This document shows, in pieces, positions 18,561-31,167 of a stretch of 64,000 nt of DNA. Source of the stretch: Zancudomyces culisetae HAW-14-8 (lineage: Eukaryota > Fungi > Kickxellomycota); contig JBNJNM010000012.1 of assembly GCA_052426225.1 (NCBI GenBank), positions 744,001 through 808,000 of the forward strand, written 5' to 3'. The notes beneath the pieces are model-generated. The model had not been told where the DNA came from and made no database searches. It saw nothing but the letters and a program-made list of their open reading frames with translations. Both the position numbers and the translations under genes were made by a program. Numbering within the stretch: position 1 is the stretch's first letter; the number at the start of each line of letters is the position of its first letter.

Positions 18561-20695
18561 TAATCAGTTACTATCCGCAGCTATGTTCTTGGATCTTAGG
18601 AAACATTCTAGGACATTTCAGAAATTTTGAATCGACTTTTAAAGTTATTATGTTATAACTTTTTTTGTTAACTTTTTTAATTATCGACAAATTTGTATTT
18701 TGATTAGTACTCAAACAGTTTTTACTATATCTTTCTTTTTAGTTTATTCCGTAGTTATTCTTTTTTTAATGACCTAAAATCAAGCAACGGAAAAAGTGTA
18801 AAAAGGTCGCGTTTTTACTGTCTTGGATATGACTCCTTGTATCTTGTATACTTTCTATAGTATGAATAAATATCTTTAAAGTAAAAATAAATTTGACCTT
18901 TTTATCCTTTACTCTTGTAACCAAGATCTTGACTGTAATAGTAATGTTACTGAATTGATGAAAGATGATATTGTGAATATCTTTGTATCTTATACGAAAA
19001 AATCACTGGGAATCAAACTTGCTAATCACCCAATTTGAACCTTTAAAATTCTAGGGATTTCTAATTTAAGGACTACTTACAAACACTAACATAACATATA
19101 TTGTATAATGGAATTATTGTCATCTCAAAAATACTGGGTAACAATACAGTAATTGCAATAAACGATAAAAAAATAATTTACTGGATTAGTAACAATGAAA
19201 AAGTAGAGTATGACTAACTACCACATGACGGACAAGTCCGCTTTGTAAAATGTCCACTAACCGAATTTTTAATAGAACAATACATCAAAAAAGTTTTATT
19301 ATAACAAACTTGGAATTCACAAACAATCGTTCATAACTGCAAATTGCTAAAATTTAGTGATCGATAAACTTTGCTAATTTCAGCTGGAAGCTGTGAAACG
19401 GGCGTCAGGCCTGTTTTCAGAAGTTTTACAATTTAAGCTATTTAGTTTATATGAAACTGGTCTCAGTTTTTACTAATGGTAAAATACCCTCTGTTTTTCT
19501 GACAGACCAAGGAAAAGAACACGAATAGAATAAAACAAAAACACCATTAAAAAATCGATGATCACTATGATTTTATTTAAAAAGGAATATTAATTAAAGT
19601 ATGAAACAATATATTTGATGTTCATTGATTTTAGAGCTTCATAATTGAAACAATATAAGTAAACAAAACTAAACAAAACTCAAACTTGAAGTATAACCTT
19701 TGCGTGTTACCAGAACAGAACCAAGTTTGACGGAAGCTACTATCCAAATTAAATGTGGAAGACTAAAATGTCACCTATATTTAATTCTTTAAGGCGCAAT
19801 AACCACTGTCTTAGTGGCATAAAAATTGTTTGACAATCGAACAGAGGGCTCACTTGCAAAAATTGTAAAAAGATTACAATTTAGGATATCGAACATATCT
19901 ATGATTGTGGTAAGATCGATTTTTTTCCTTGAATCTTACAAAATAAAAACACAAAATAATCAAAGCTTGGAAATTAATTAGATTTAATTGTATGAAATTC
20001 TAACTTCATCAAAAATCAAACACCACATAAAAAACTCCAAAATTTATATGGCATCATCTATTTGGAATATCTTTAGGGTACGCACTAAACTGCTTTATCA
20101 AGAATAATTTTATCGAACTACCAACTGTTCAAACGATGGACTAAATACATCAACTTCAATTATTCTGAAAAAAATTTCATGACAGAGGAGATTACATGGT
20201 TCGATTTCGAACCTGGAAGAAATACATGTTAACCTACATGTTCATAATTGACACCCTATCTCCTCAAAATTTACTAATAAGAAAACAAAATAAACAACTT
20301 TTTACCTATTTATAATGAACTCAACATACATCAACCATGTCGACGCCACGTGAACAAAGGAAAACGCACGAGAATATAATTAGCACTTTAGATTATAAAC
20401 ACAAAAGTAATATTTTCTAGAACAACTGTTTTACATTCTGTTAACCTACTGATTGAATAAACACTAAATATTTTATTTAAAAAATAAAGTTATAACAAAT
20501 AGTTTAATAGATTTAGTCTAAATACAATTAATTTTTGTCATAACCAAGTTTAGTTATCGTTTGTATTTCAAGATTAAATTTTATTATTAGTTTCTATTTA
20601 CACGTTGATTGTAATTTATATTGTTTGATGTTTATTTCAAGTTAGATTTATATTGTAATTAATAAAAGTAAGAGAAAGACAATACAAAATTAAAA

Positions 20696-22739
20696 CTAAA
20701 TAGGACCAGTGTTTTTCTTGAGCCATTCAAGAGCTGGTTTGTCATCTTCCAAAAGCGGTGAAAGAGTATCGAATACCCTCTTGTGGTAAGAGTTAATCCA
20801 TTCGATTTCAGACTGAGTCAAGATGGAGGCCATGATTAGATTTCTTTGGATTGGGCATAGAGTAAGCGATTCAAGAGTCAGGTAGTCCACGTCACCAAAT
20901 CGGTTTGGAGTGTCCTTTTTGACGACAAGACATGTGTTTTCAATTCTAATACCGAATTTACCATCCTCGTAGTAACCGGGCTCGTTAGTAATTATCATTC
21001 CAGCCTTAAATCCTACATTGACTTGGGCTGGTCTCATAGCAATTCCATGCGGGCCTTCGTGCACATTTAAAAAGGAACCAACTCCGTGACCAGTGCCATG
21101 ACGATAATCAAGACCAGCTTCCCATAGAGCAGTTCGTGCGAGAGGGTCGAGAGCGAATCCTGAAACTCCAGCAGGGAATACAACAGAGTCCAAGGCTATA
21201 TGACCTTTCAAAACACGGGTAAAGCATTCACGCTCCCAAGCTGAAGGAGAACCGAAGTGCCAGGTTCGGGTAACATCAGTGGTGCCGTCGAGGTACTGGC
21301 CGCCCGAATCAACCAAGTATATTTGGTTTACATCAAGCTTGAGGTCTTCTCCTCGTTGTGGACTATAGTGAATCACAGCTGCATTGGGCCCAACTGAAGA
21401 TATTGTGTCGAAACTAAGACCAACACAGTGCTCCTGCTCACGTCTAAATTGTTCCAATTTATCTGCGACATCACATTCACTTAACCTCAAGTGGCCTCCG
21501 TTAAACATTAATTCGTTTTCAAGCCAAACATACCATTTTGCCATTGCTACACCATCCTTAATGTGTGATTGTCTCATTCCTTTGATCTCGGTTTCGTTCT
21601 TAATGGCTTTCAAGTTGGTTATTGGTGAAGTGCACTGTTTAGTATTTTCTGTGCCAACGACATCTACTAGTGCCCAACTTACCCCAGCATCAACAAGAAT
21701 TTTTTTGTTTGTAGATTGAGCAACTGGTGGTAACTTTTTCAAATGTTCAAAAATCGCATCATACGGTAGAATATTCACTCCGCTTAGGCTTTTTTTTGCA
21801 TTTTCAGTCAGTTTACGCTCATCCATAAAAATGTAAGCCTCTTCTTGTGTGACAATTGAATAGGAAAAAAACAGTGGGTTATAAGAAATATCACTGCCAC
21901 GCAGATTGAACAACCAGGCTATTTGATCAAGAGCAGCAATAACTAGGCTTGATCCCTGAAGCACATCCATTTCTTTTCTCACTTTTTCTAGCTTAGCACT
22001 AACCCCAAGGCCCGTAAACTCAATACCCAATTCAAACACAGATGCGTCTGGTTTTCCTGGTTTATCTCTCCACACTTTGTCAACTAGATTTTCACTAATT
22101 GGAACAAGTTCCTTTTTTTTGTCCTTGAGGCTTTTACAAAGTGCCTCTGCTCTCGAAGCTGAAAGTAATGTTGGATCAACTCCAATTCTGTTCCCTTCTG
22201 GTAGATCTTCCAAATATTTCTCCAAGGTTGGAACACCTGTCACACCAACTTTCATTAAGGTCCAGTTAGAATCCATCTGCTTGCGAGCCATCAAAAAGTA
22301 CCTTCCATCAGTAAACATGCTTGCACTGTCCTTTGTTATAACTGCTGTTCCTGCGGAACCTGTGAATCCTGATATGAATCCCCTCCTCATATCCGAATCT
22401 GCCACATACTCGCTCTATTTTCATAAAGCATAGTTGGTTAGTTTTATTTTATTTTTTAGATTATAAGTTTAATTGTCAAAAATTGCAAGTTTAAAGTGGG
22501 GGAGGCTGGCTATACTTGAAAAAGTATTAAAAGTTGAATATATATATATAATGGTTTAATGTGGCTACGGCTATCAAAAATAAACTAAATGTCAAAATTA
22601 CCTGGTGGGCATCTTCAGAAGGGACAATATAAGCATCAATGTTAAACTCTGGAAGCTTCATCAACTCTCGAAGCTCCTTGAGCCGGGTTGTCGTGTCTAC
22701 TGCCTGGTTGGTACTGCATTTATCAGAAGTTGTCGACAT
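20696..22739 (-). CDS. Xaa-Pro aminopeptidase P (M24B), 2 exons
   Basis: Exon 1 ends AYIVPSEDAHQ, GT-AG intron 22601-22415, exon 2 starts SEYV. Metal ligands in DSGGQYLDGTTDVTRT, HGTGHGVG, HEGP, EPGYY, GIRIEN. Confidence 0.93.
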
Positions 22740-23744
22740 GTTAGCCTAATTCAAAATGGTTGTTTGCTATTTAAATTTCCTGGGAATTTTGACTTCCTCT
22801 TTGATTTTTTTTGTTGTATTTATTTATTTTTGAAATGGTCAAGAATTGCAATAATTATTGCACATTAAATTTCGCTTATTTCAGAAAATAAAAATCAATG
22901 TAGATTATTAAGCACTTACATGCAGACCAACCCTTTTGTGAAATACAAATTCTTTTCGATTCGTTTTCAGCAATCCGCCCAGTGATGTTAGTGGCTTTGC
23001 GAGTTTTCTGTTAATTGAATACATACTTTAATATTTCGGAAAGGGGGAAAGAATGTTATGACCCTAAAAATTTTGAATAAGCTAGCTAATTGTGTTTTAT
23101 CAACCATTTTATACTAAAATGATTTGTAATGCTACAAGACAGAATCAGTTGGTTATTCTGAAACACAAGTATAACTGTTAAAATTTTTTTATATTTACCA
23201 TTATAAATGAGTCTATTCCTCCAATTTAATTTCAAGCCTCAAAAATTATAAAAATTAGATTATCCAAACACTGAGAAAGTTACATGCTCAGGTGTACCAT
23301 AAGTTTCAACGTGGACAACTGTATAGTACATTATTCGAAAAAACGGCTTTTTAACCTTGGTCATTCAATAATTTTCTATCTGCATACCATTTGATCTAAA
23401 TAAAAAAGTGAATTTTATAGCTAATCTATGTATTCGGGTAGATAGCTTACTTCAGTATATACTTAGATAGCAAATGTAGAGCGAAATCATCTCACATCGA
23501 GTTGTTGAAATTCCTTGTTAGATTTAAAATATTTTTCAATAACATTAGGCAAAAAAAACTACAACCATATTAAATTTAGAAACATCACACGATCTCCTAG
23601 GAAGTTAGCTGACATTATTTCATAAAATATGTAATAATTAGATAGTCAGACCTTAAAACTCGTGTGTTTATATTTTTTAGCATTGTAGTGCCTCTTTATT
23701 AGTGCAAATGTATACAATTATTTATCATTAATTATTCAAAAGTC

Positions 23745-25679
23745 CTAGTTACCGAAAAAGGAATTCAATATATTTGGTTCGAAAAACAACCGGTTCTCTT
23801 CGTATGTTTGAACCAAACCATCAAAGTATATCAATATCGCGCAAACAACCAAAACATGAAATATTTGGTGTGAAGCCATCTAATAGTACAAGTTTTTCCA
23901 GTGTTAGACCTTTATTTATTATTTTTAGGTCACATTTTAATTAATGGCTAGAAACTCTTGATAATATGGTAATATGATTATAAAAAACATGTCAAACATC
24001 TTACAAAATAGTTGAACTTTCCCGGCCATCGTCGTTCTGGAAGTCGATAGTTATATATCAAAGCAGCAAGCCCATAAGTCAACAACATCTTTATCAAACT
24101 TTGCATTAGATATTGTTCAAAACAAAATCCAAGCTATTATATTTACAATTGAATCATTTTAATTTTTGTTTATCTGACTTTTAATTATTATGTTTAATTA
24201 GGCAAAAAAATTAGTACAATAGAAATACTAACTTACTCCATACAAGTAGCAGTAATGTGTAATAGGGAAAATGCCATATAGACAGAGACATGTAAATATC
24301 AGTGTTCTAAACCATCTATATTTATCTTTGGAAAAAAAGGGGAAATGCGACAGAGATAGCTATATATGCATAAAACACATTTACTTGATTTATGTTTTAA
24401 CTTTACTCTGTTTACTAATAAGCACAAGAGGTAGAAAAAATAATAACTTTGAATATTAAAGACTTACCGTAAAGAGTACAAAAAAAAGTGTAGATAGTAC
24501 ATATATATAGAGATATTTCAGTTGGAAATAGAATCCTATCAAACATAGTTAATTTCCTCGTTGATACATTTAAATATCGTTATATTGCGTGAAGTGTTAG
24601 AAGGTGAGTTGGCCAAAGAGTATTGAATGATAAATAAAATTGAAGTGCTTACCATAATATAAAGAGGTACAAAAGGTCGCCCTAAAAAACGGAAAAACAA
24701 ATAACTAAGTTGATTAAATCGCTTATATCCTACTGAATATGTTACACAACTATCTACTTACAATATCAGGGTTAGGATTCCAACATAATCACACTTTAAC
24801 CAGAACTTTGCGTGCTAAACCAATAATAGAATATATTCCATAAGAACAAAACATTCGAATCCAGTACTTAACTATAACTCTTACCCTCTCAGAATGACAG
24901 TTAAACAAGTGATATGACACGGAAAAAAACATACACAACAGCGCACAGCTCATAAACAAGATTACAGTATAGTCTTCGTATCTCTTAATTCGCTCTACGC
25001 TGATGCTGGATCCAATATCAGCAAAACTAAAAGATTTTTCGTTTAAAAAAAACTGCACTGTCTTTGTGATACAGATTATACCTCCAGCAAGGTGTGATAG
25101 TATATTTATAGTCTCATTGTGTAGATATGATAATGAGGAAATACATGTTCGATATGAATTCGAGTGTTTTCTGTACCCGTGGGAGATATACTTCTCTGCC
25201 TGCCATTTTGGAACCTGACTAACATGAACTGTTCGGGTGTTGGTGCTAGTGCGCTTTAGGAAGGAAAACGAGGTTTTTTCCCTTTCTACCTTTATGCCAT
25301 GACGGCTGCATATGCTCTTTTCCGACAAGACTTTGCTAAAATTGGTATATGATTTCCGTCTGGTGTGCAAGTCATGTTTTCGTCTTTTGAGAGTGTCAGA
25401 GTCACCAGAAATATTATACCTTTTCTTATGCTCACGCTCTTCCACAAAAAAACTCACATCAGTTTTCTCCTGAGTTCTCAAACTTGGGTCAGGCGAAGCC
25501 GAATTCGACCAGTAGCCTCCATAGTAGTTGGTTACCCTTTCTATGTAAGAGGACACTCTTCCAAAAGACACTAAATTCATGACGCCATTATAGAGAAGTA
25601 CGTCTTTATACCCATTCTCGCTGGCATTTGTTTTTTCATTAACCGATACACAACACTTTTCCTGCTGCGTCGCTCCCAT
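23745..25679 (-). CDS. PAQR / adiponectin-receptor-like (IZH family) membrane protein, multi-exon
   Basis: YISHGYR, HNETINILSH, SVSYHLFNCHSE, spliced KCDYVGI, last exon ASHQIFHVLVV with TAG at 23745-23747. Internal exon boundaries not all resolved. Confidence 0.85.
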
Positions 25680-27714
25680 TTGAAGTGTTCAGCTGTATTT
25701 GTACTTTGATTGGTGCTTTTTGGCTGTTATTATTATCAAGGATATGAATTAAAGTATATACTAAACTATTAGCTATTTTATGAACCTTTCTTCAAAAAAA
25801 AAAGTGTATATTTATTAAAATTGTCATATCCAGCAACGGAACTTTTCGCTCTGCTACTCCTATACTGCTCTTTCAGATGCTTGGGGGGTAGAGGAAGGAA
25901 TTTTGTGATACTACTACTATTTTTCCCGGATGATTTTGTTGTTAGCTTGATCAATTAGCCGCTAACTTATTGAGTATGTCATAAAACTAAGATGTGTGTG
26001 AAACCGAAAACTCGCATTTGAAACTTTTTTAACACATAGTTAAGTTGCGGGATTAACAATCAGTTTTTATTCTTATTAACAATAAGATTGGCCACAGGTG
26101 TAGAAATTATAGCGTAATTTATGCTGGGTTACGGAATTCTATAAGCAATCTGTGATATACCAATTATATGCTTTTAAAAACTATTTCAGCTGTCAACAAT
26201 AGGATTGTTATTGAGCTTCTAGCAAAGAAAATAGCTGAATTTAAAATGCCTCCAATTTTATGAGAGAATAACTGAAAAATAGACGAAAGGTATGCTGTTT
26301 TCGTTTATTTTCACCAATAGAAAGCGAATGATATAAATTAATTGTGCTCTTAAGCAGCTTAGCTGGAAATAGTGGTAAAGACATTTCTAATTTCCGCTTA
26401 AAAAAACACACCAAAAGTTGGTCCAAAACAAGTGATTTTCGTTTGGAAATACGATGAATAGAGATCCTACAAAACATTAAAGTAACGAGAGTGGAAAGCT
26501 CGAAAGTCACGTATTGTTCCTGAGTGCAAATATTAGCAAAACAGGGTCAAGTATTCTAGTGAAAATAACGTCAAACTCAGCTAATAATAAGGCACAAAGT
26601 AAACATTCACGTATAAACGCAAAGGGTAGTTGGCAGGCATCATACAAACACACAAATAATGGGCGTCATAATCATTTTTATCCAAACACAACTTTGTTCT
26701 CAACAGCACTCAATTTTATGAAATAGTTTGTGTTTTCACTTCACTATTCCATGTGACCACATTTGTGTATTTATTTTACGATAATTGATATCAAATAAAT
26801 GGCAAGAAAAAAAAACCACGTGGGCTTAAAAAAGTTTGGTATCATCTGATTTAAACAATTTGGTGGTAATCGCTCACTCGTATTCTGTTTTCTAATGTAA
26901 CAAGAGATGAGATAATGTGGGATATATAAAAATATGTATGATTATATCGCAAATATCACCTATCTTTGTTGTTACGTTATTTGCGCAAAGAAAGTTTAAT
27001 GGAGCAAATTAAGTAGCAATAAAAAGAGTACTAAATCTTGTCAAGATAATAAACTAAAGTATATTGGATAATAAATCAGAGTGTTAAATACATAAAAATT
27101 CTGTAGAACTATATTTGAATAACATGATTTTTTGGATGAGAAAGAGCATAAAAAGACAATTAGTTCATACATTAGGGTATCCAACTCTAGACGCATGAAA
27201 ACGATATAGTATGATAAAAGATCTGTATAGTGAACTAGTTATACAGTATAGGCTTATTAGCTAAAAAGTAACCAAGTTTTAAAAGTCTACTTTTATATTT
27301 CAATGGCGATAAAAGGTGTTCTATAAGATGTGTTGTATCGGTATAAAACTTAGAGGGGGAGGAGTAGCGAATCGATTGGAGTTTTGAAAGCTTAATCAGT
27401 AGCCCACAGTCAGCTGGTAATTATAATTTTATTGTACTTTAAATACAAATATCCAGCATTTAAAATACACTATGAATACCCTCAAAACACCACATAGCAT
27501 AGTATCACTAATAAAAACATATCCGAAACTATACCTACCCAAACCGGGTCGAAACAAATAAAGGTTGTTCGAAAAGTGATCATAATTAGATTTTGTATAT
27601 TACTGACTCTAAAAGCTTTAAAAAAAACACTAGTTGTGTTGAAAAAAAAAAGTGTCAAAATGATATAGATGAATCATAAGATAGTATTCCAAGTTCAAAA
27701 GTTTAAGCATCCAC

Positions 27715-30700
27715 TCATAAACTAAACACGGAAGAAGAATAAAATACACCTGAAAAAGAATCGCTGGAGTTTTTTTCTGATACAGGATCAACAAGCGTTG
27801 ATGCGGAGTCGGGTGTGGAAATGTTTGAGTGTAAGGCAGCCTGACTATTTGGATGATTTGTAAATGTAGCAAAACTCGAGTTGGCTGGCAGCAACCTAGA
27901 ACCACCAGGATGTGCTTCATCCTCGTTGCTATTTTGATACTCAGATTCATTTTTATGCTCATGACGAGAAATTTTGTTAAGAGATGTAGGAGAGGAGTTA
28001 TTTGTTGTGTTCGAAACACCCAAGGGTGATGATGTACTTCTAATGCATGGTTCTGTGTCTTCATTACTTGCCGAATCGACATGGAAAACTGAGGGGAAAG
28101 TAGTCACATTCAACATAGAAGTTAAACTCGGGACAATACTCTTATTTCCGGTTGGATTTTCAACAGTTGGAGTTTCGAATGAGGAGATAAAATAATCGCT
28201 TTCTTCAAATTTGGGGTGTTTGTTTACAATACAGATATTAGGGTTATTGAAAAAGGGAATGAAGGGGCCCGATCCGGCCAAAGAGGTAATACGAGAAAGC
28301 TCCTCCTCAATCGCCAACGAATCATCTTCGGCCATATTTATAAGAACAGAATCATCGCAGGAAGAAATGGACTCAAGATCTCTAGGTGGAGACAAAAGGT
28401 TCCAGAAAGAGAATGGTTTATCAAAGCCCATAACGCCACGAATCTGATAATTTAGTTGTTTGAATAAAGATATTTCGAGACTATGTACGTAATTTGTGTT
28501 GATTTGAGCAGGGTATGAAGACCCTACAGAGATATACATATCACGAAAGCAACAAGAAATTAATGCGGTAGGAAATAAAGAATTCCATGCTTCGGAAAGA
28601 AATTTCAGCGCCAAAGCAACGGTAAAATCAGAAGAAATATGGTCAAATGAGTTAAAAGTCATTTCAAGGTGCTTGAACTGCAAAATTCGGTACAAAACGC
28701 GGAGTGTTCGTAAAATTCCCAAGTCAAGAGGTAAAGCCATAGGGGGCTGAGTAGGTGAGCCACCAGGAATATATAAAAGCTCAACGTGTTTTAGGGATAA
28801 ATTCAGGTGCTTAATATGAACAGGATGATTTCTGAGTAAAAGTAGGACCTTTCTCCCAGCAAACCTTTTGTCAAACCATCTGAGCCACTCAAGAAATAGC
28901 GCGGCACGGACTTTGGAAAGTGAATTTGGTGAATAGTGTATATTTAGCTCAGAAAGATTGTCCAAGTTGGACATGTTTGCATGGGGTCCGGCAACCCATA
29001 TCGGAACTTTATCCGATCCATCACCATTGGTACATAAAATCAATCCGAATCGACCAGCGCTCCTTTTGTCATACTTTTTGCTGCTTACCGTTTCGGGCGT
29101 GATACGAAAATGAAATCCGGCTTCGTCAACACAGTATATATTTTTTGGTTCATATCGATTTAACGCGTCGAAAACCTGTGTTGAAGTCGATTTTTTAGTC
29201 TCTATAAACACACCCGGAGCACATATATTTGTGCTTTTAATGTTATACTCATCCTTAAACACGCGAACCCAGTCATCTGTCACTTTATATTGCACTCCCT
29301 TTGTAGGAAATCCAGCTTTAACTAAACTTGATGCCTTAAGTTTAAACTGCTCATTACTCCATCGATATTGCCCCAGGTTCAGCAAATACCACTCATACAA
29401 AGCATCATCAACAAATGTATGTTCTGCCTCCTCTATAGTAACTCCCACTTTTTGTGGTGCCTTTTCAAGTCTAAGCGAGTATGAAGGTTTTTGGAGGTAC
29501 TTTGAGAGATCTCGCCTCTCGATTTTTACATTGAATATATCACTAACCCATTTAATAAGCTGTTCTGGTGTTATTTTTGAATATATACTCTTTTTCTGCA
29601 CCAAAACCTCGTGTAACTTGTTCGCAAACTCAAATCGCGCTTCATGCAGTATTTGCGCCATCGCTTTCTCACCCTTATTCTGTGATTCCTGCATCATCAT
29701 TCCAATTACTTTGGTATTTAGTTTAACATCCTGTCTTTCCGAAACTTTTAAAGATAGTTGTCTCTGCGAATAAAACGGATAAAGCCTTCCCATTTCCCAA
29801 ACATCCACCCAACACCTTTTTATTCGATACTCCAATCCCCATATTTCCCGAGTTTTCGGTAAAAGCTGCTTTCTTTCATGCAGTTTAGCTCCGCGTAGTG
29901 GCGCAAATGTAGGAAGTAAATCAGACCCATCACTCTTTCCACCATTAGCACCTGGCCTTAGCGTTTGTATTACTTTTTCCACAAACAATTCGTTTGCTGA
30001 TTTGTTTACTGTGCTTTCGCTCTTCTTATGGTTTTTTTCCATTTTTTTATCGATCTTAGTATTAATTGGCCCCTTTGATGATACTTCTGTGCGTATTTTT
30101 ACACTTTGCTTGTTAATGAGACGTTGGCTTAGTTTTCTAGGTTCAGGATTAATAGCCGAATTATCATCATGTGTTGCTCCGAAACTTGGTTTAATACTTT
30201 TATTAGAATACTTTTCTTCTGTGCTACACCCTTCCACTTGCTGGTGCTTCTGAATATTTTCGATTTTCCCATTACCATCTAGACAGAAACTTTTATGCCT
30301 TTTTATAGAACCATCGCTTTTATAAATCTGATTTTCAAACTCCATCATTCTATTTTTGTTCTTGATACCGGAAGACTCTTGTGGATCAACATATTTACTA
30401 TTCCCATCTCGAACACTCTCCATCAAAGAATCTAGACTAAACATCGCATTATCGGCGCAGTTTTCCATTTCACTATGCACACTACTACCACTTATCTCAT
30501 TTTCGCATGTATCAACACCATCCAGTTCATCAGTAGACACAATGATTTCTGGCATTCTTAATGTACACTTTTCACCCGCTCTGTCTATAGTATCTTTCTT
30601 ATAATCTTGCGAATTTTCCAAGCTACAAAAATTATCGCTATAATTAAGCTCATCACTTTCTATGTCGTTATTCAATCTATTAATCGCGTGTCGCATTTTA

Positions 30701-31167
30701 GTATGAGATACTTTACTGATAACCGGAAAACCACCTAGCTCCCTAACGGTTCGCTTGATTTGCTCAAAAGGCTTTTGTCGAATGTCGACATCATCCCCTT
30801 CTGAGCTGTCATTATTCCGCATCACTGGTACACTATTGATATCCTCCTCTTGTACTATATTATTTATATTATATGACTCTTCCGTGGCGTTATTGGTATT
30901 TGTGTGTTTTTTAGTCAGATTTCGCTCATGAATCTTCTTCCAAAGTTTAGTTATTTTAATAATCTTTCTTTCGCCTGTCATACGATCTTTACGTGCTGGA
31001 TCTTTCGCTCCTGGTGAAATGCAAATATCTTCCTCATCTTGCTTCAGATTTATTCTCAGTCTTTTTGTTCCAGAGGTTCTCACTTTACTACCACCATTCG
31101 TTTTTTCGTTGTCAATATCGATTGATGCTTGTTGTAAGACATAAGGATGATTCTTTGAGCTGCCCAT
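27715..31167 (-). CDS. CENP-B / pogo-transposase-derived protein (HTH-CENPB plus DDE_1 fold) with long N- and C-terminal extensions
   Basis: VDDALYEWY...KLKA...DDWVRVFKDEYNIK (CENP-B HTH); NIYCVDEAG; LCTNGDGSDK; FLEWLRWFDKRFAGRKVLLLLRNHPVH; LPLDLGIL. First ATG at 31167; the frame is open to 31242 and an upstream exon is possible. Confidence 0.85.
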   Translation of the reverse strand: MGSSKNHPYVLQQASIDIDNEKTNGGSKVRTSGTKRLRINLKQDEEDICISPGAKDPARKDRMTGERKIIKITKLWKKIHERNLTKKHTNTNNATEESYNINNIVQEEDINSVPVMRNNDSSEGDDVDIRQKPFEQIKRTVRELGGFPVISKVSHTKMRHAINRLNNDIESDELNYSDNFCSLENSQDYKKDTIDRAGEKCTLRMPEIIVSTDELDGVDTCENEISGSSVHSEMENCADNAMFSLDSLMESVRDGNSKYVDPQESSGIKNKNRMMEFENQIYKSDGSIKRHKSFCLDGNGKIENIQKHQQVEGCSTEEKYSNKSIKPSFGATHDDNSAINPEPRKLSQRLINKQSVKIRTEVSSKGPINTKIDKKMEKNHKKSESTVNKSANELFVEKVIQTLRPGANGGKSDGSDLLPTFAPLRGAKLHERKQLLPKTREIWGLEYRIKRCWVDVWEMGRLYPFYSQRQLSLKVSERQDVKLNTKVIGMMMQESQNKGEKAMAQILHEARFEFANKLHEVLVQKKSIYSKITPEQLIKWVSDIFNVKIERRDLSKYLQKPSYSLRLEKAPQKVGVTIEEAEHTFVDDALYEWYLLNLGQYRWSNEQFKLKASSLVKAGFPTKGVQYKVTDDWVRVFKDEYNIKSTNICAPGVFIETKKSTSTQVFDALNRYEPKNIYCVDEAGFHFRITPETVSSKKYDKRSAGRFGLILCTNGDGSDKVPIWVAGPHANMSNLDNLSELNIHYSPNSLSKVRAALFLEWLRWFDKRFAGRKVLLLLRNHPVHIKHLNLSLKHVELLYIPGGSPTQPPMALPLDLGILRTLRVLYRILQFKHLEMTFNSFDHISSDFTVALALKFLSEAWNSLFPTALISCCFRDMYISVGSSYPAQINTNYVHSLEISLFKQLNYQIRGVMGFDKPFSFWNLLSPPRDLESISSCDDSVLINMAEDDSLAIEEELSRITSLAGSGPFIPFFNNPNICIVNKHPKFEESDYFISSFETPTVENPTGNKSIVPSLTSMLNVTTFPSVFHVDSASNEDTEPCIRSTSSPLGVSNTTNNSSPTSLNKISRHEHKNESEYQNSNEDEAHPGGSRLLPANSSFATFTNHPNSQAALHSNISTPDSASTLVDPVSEKNSSDSFSGVFYSSSVFSL

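Noticed and set aside
20040-20230. GIIYLEYL fragment reminiscent of a mariner transposase
   Set aside because: Too short, interrupted by stops, no TIRs or further motifs.
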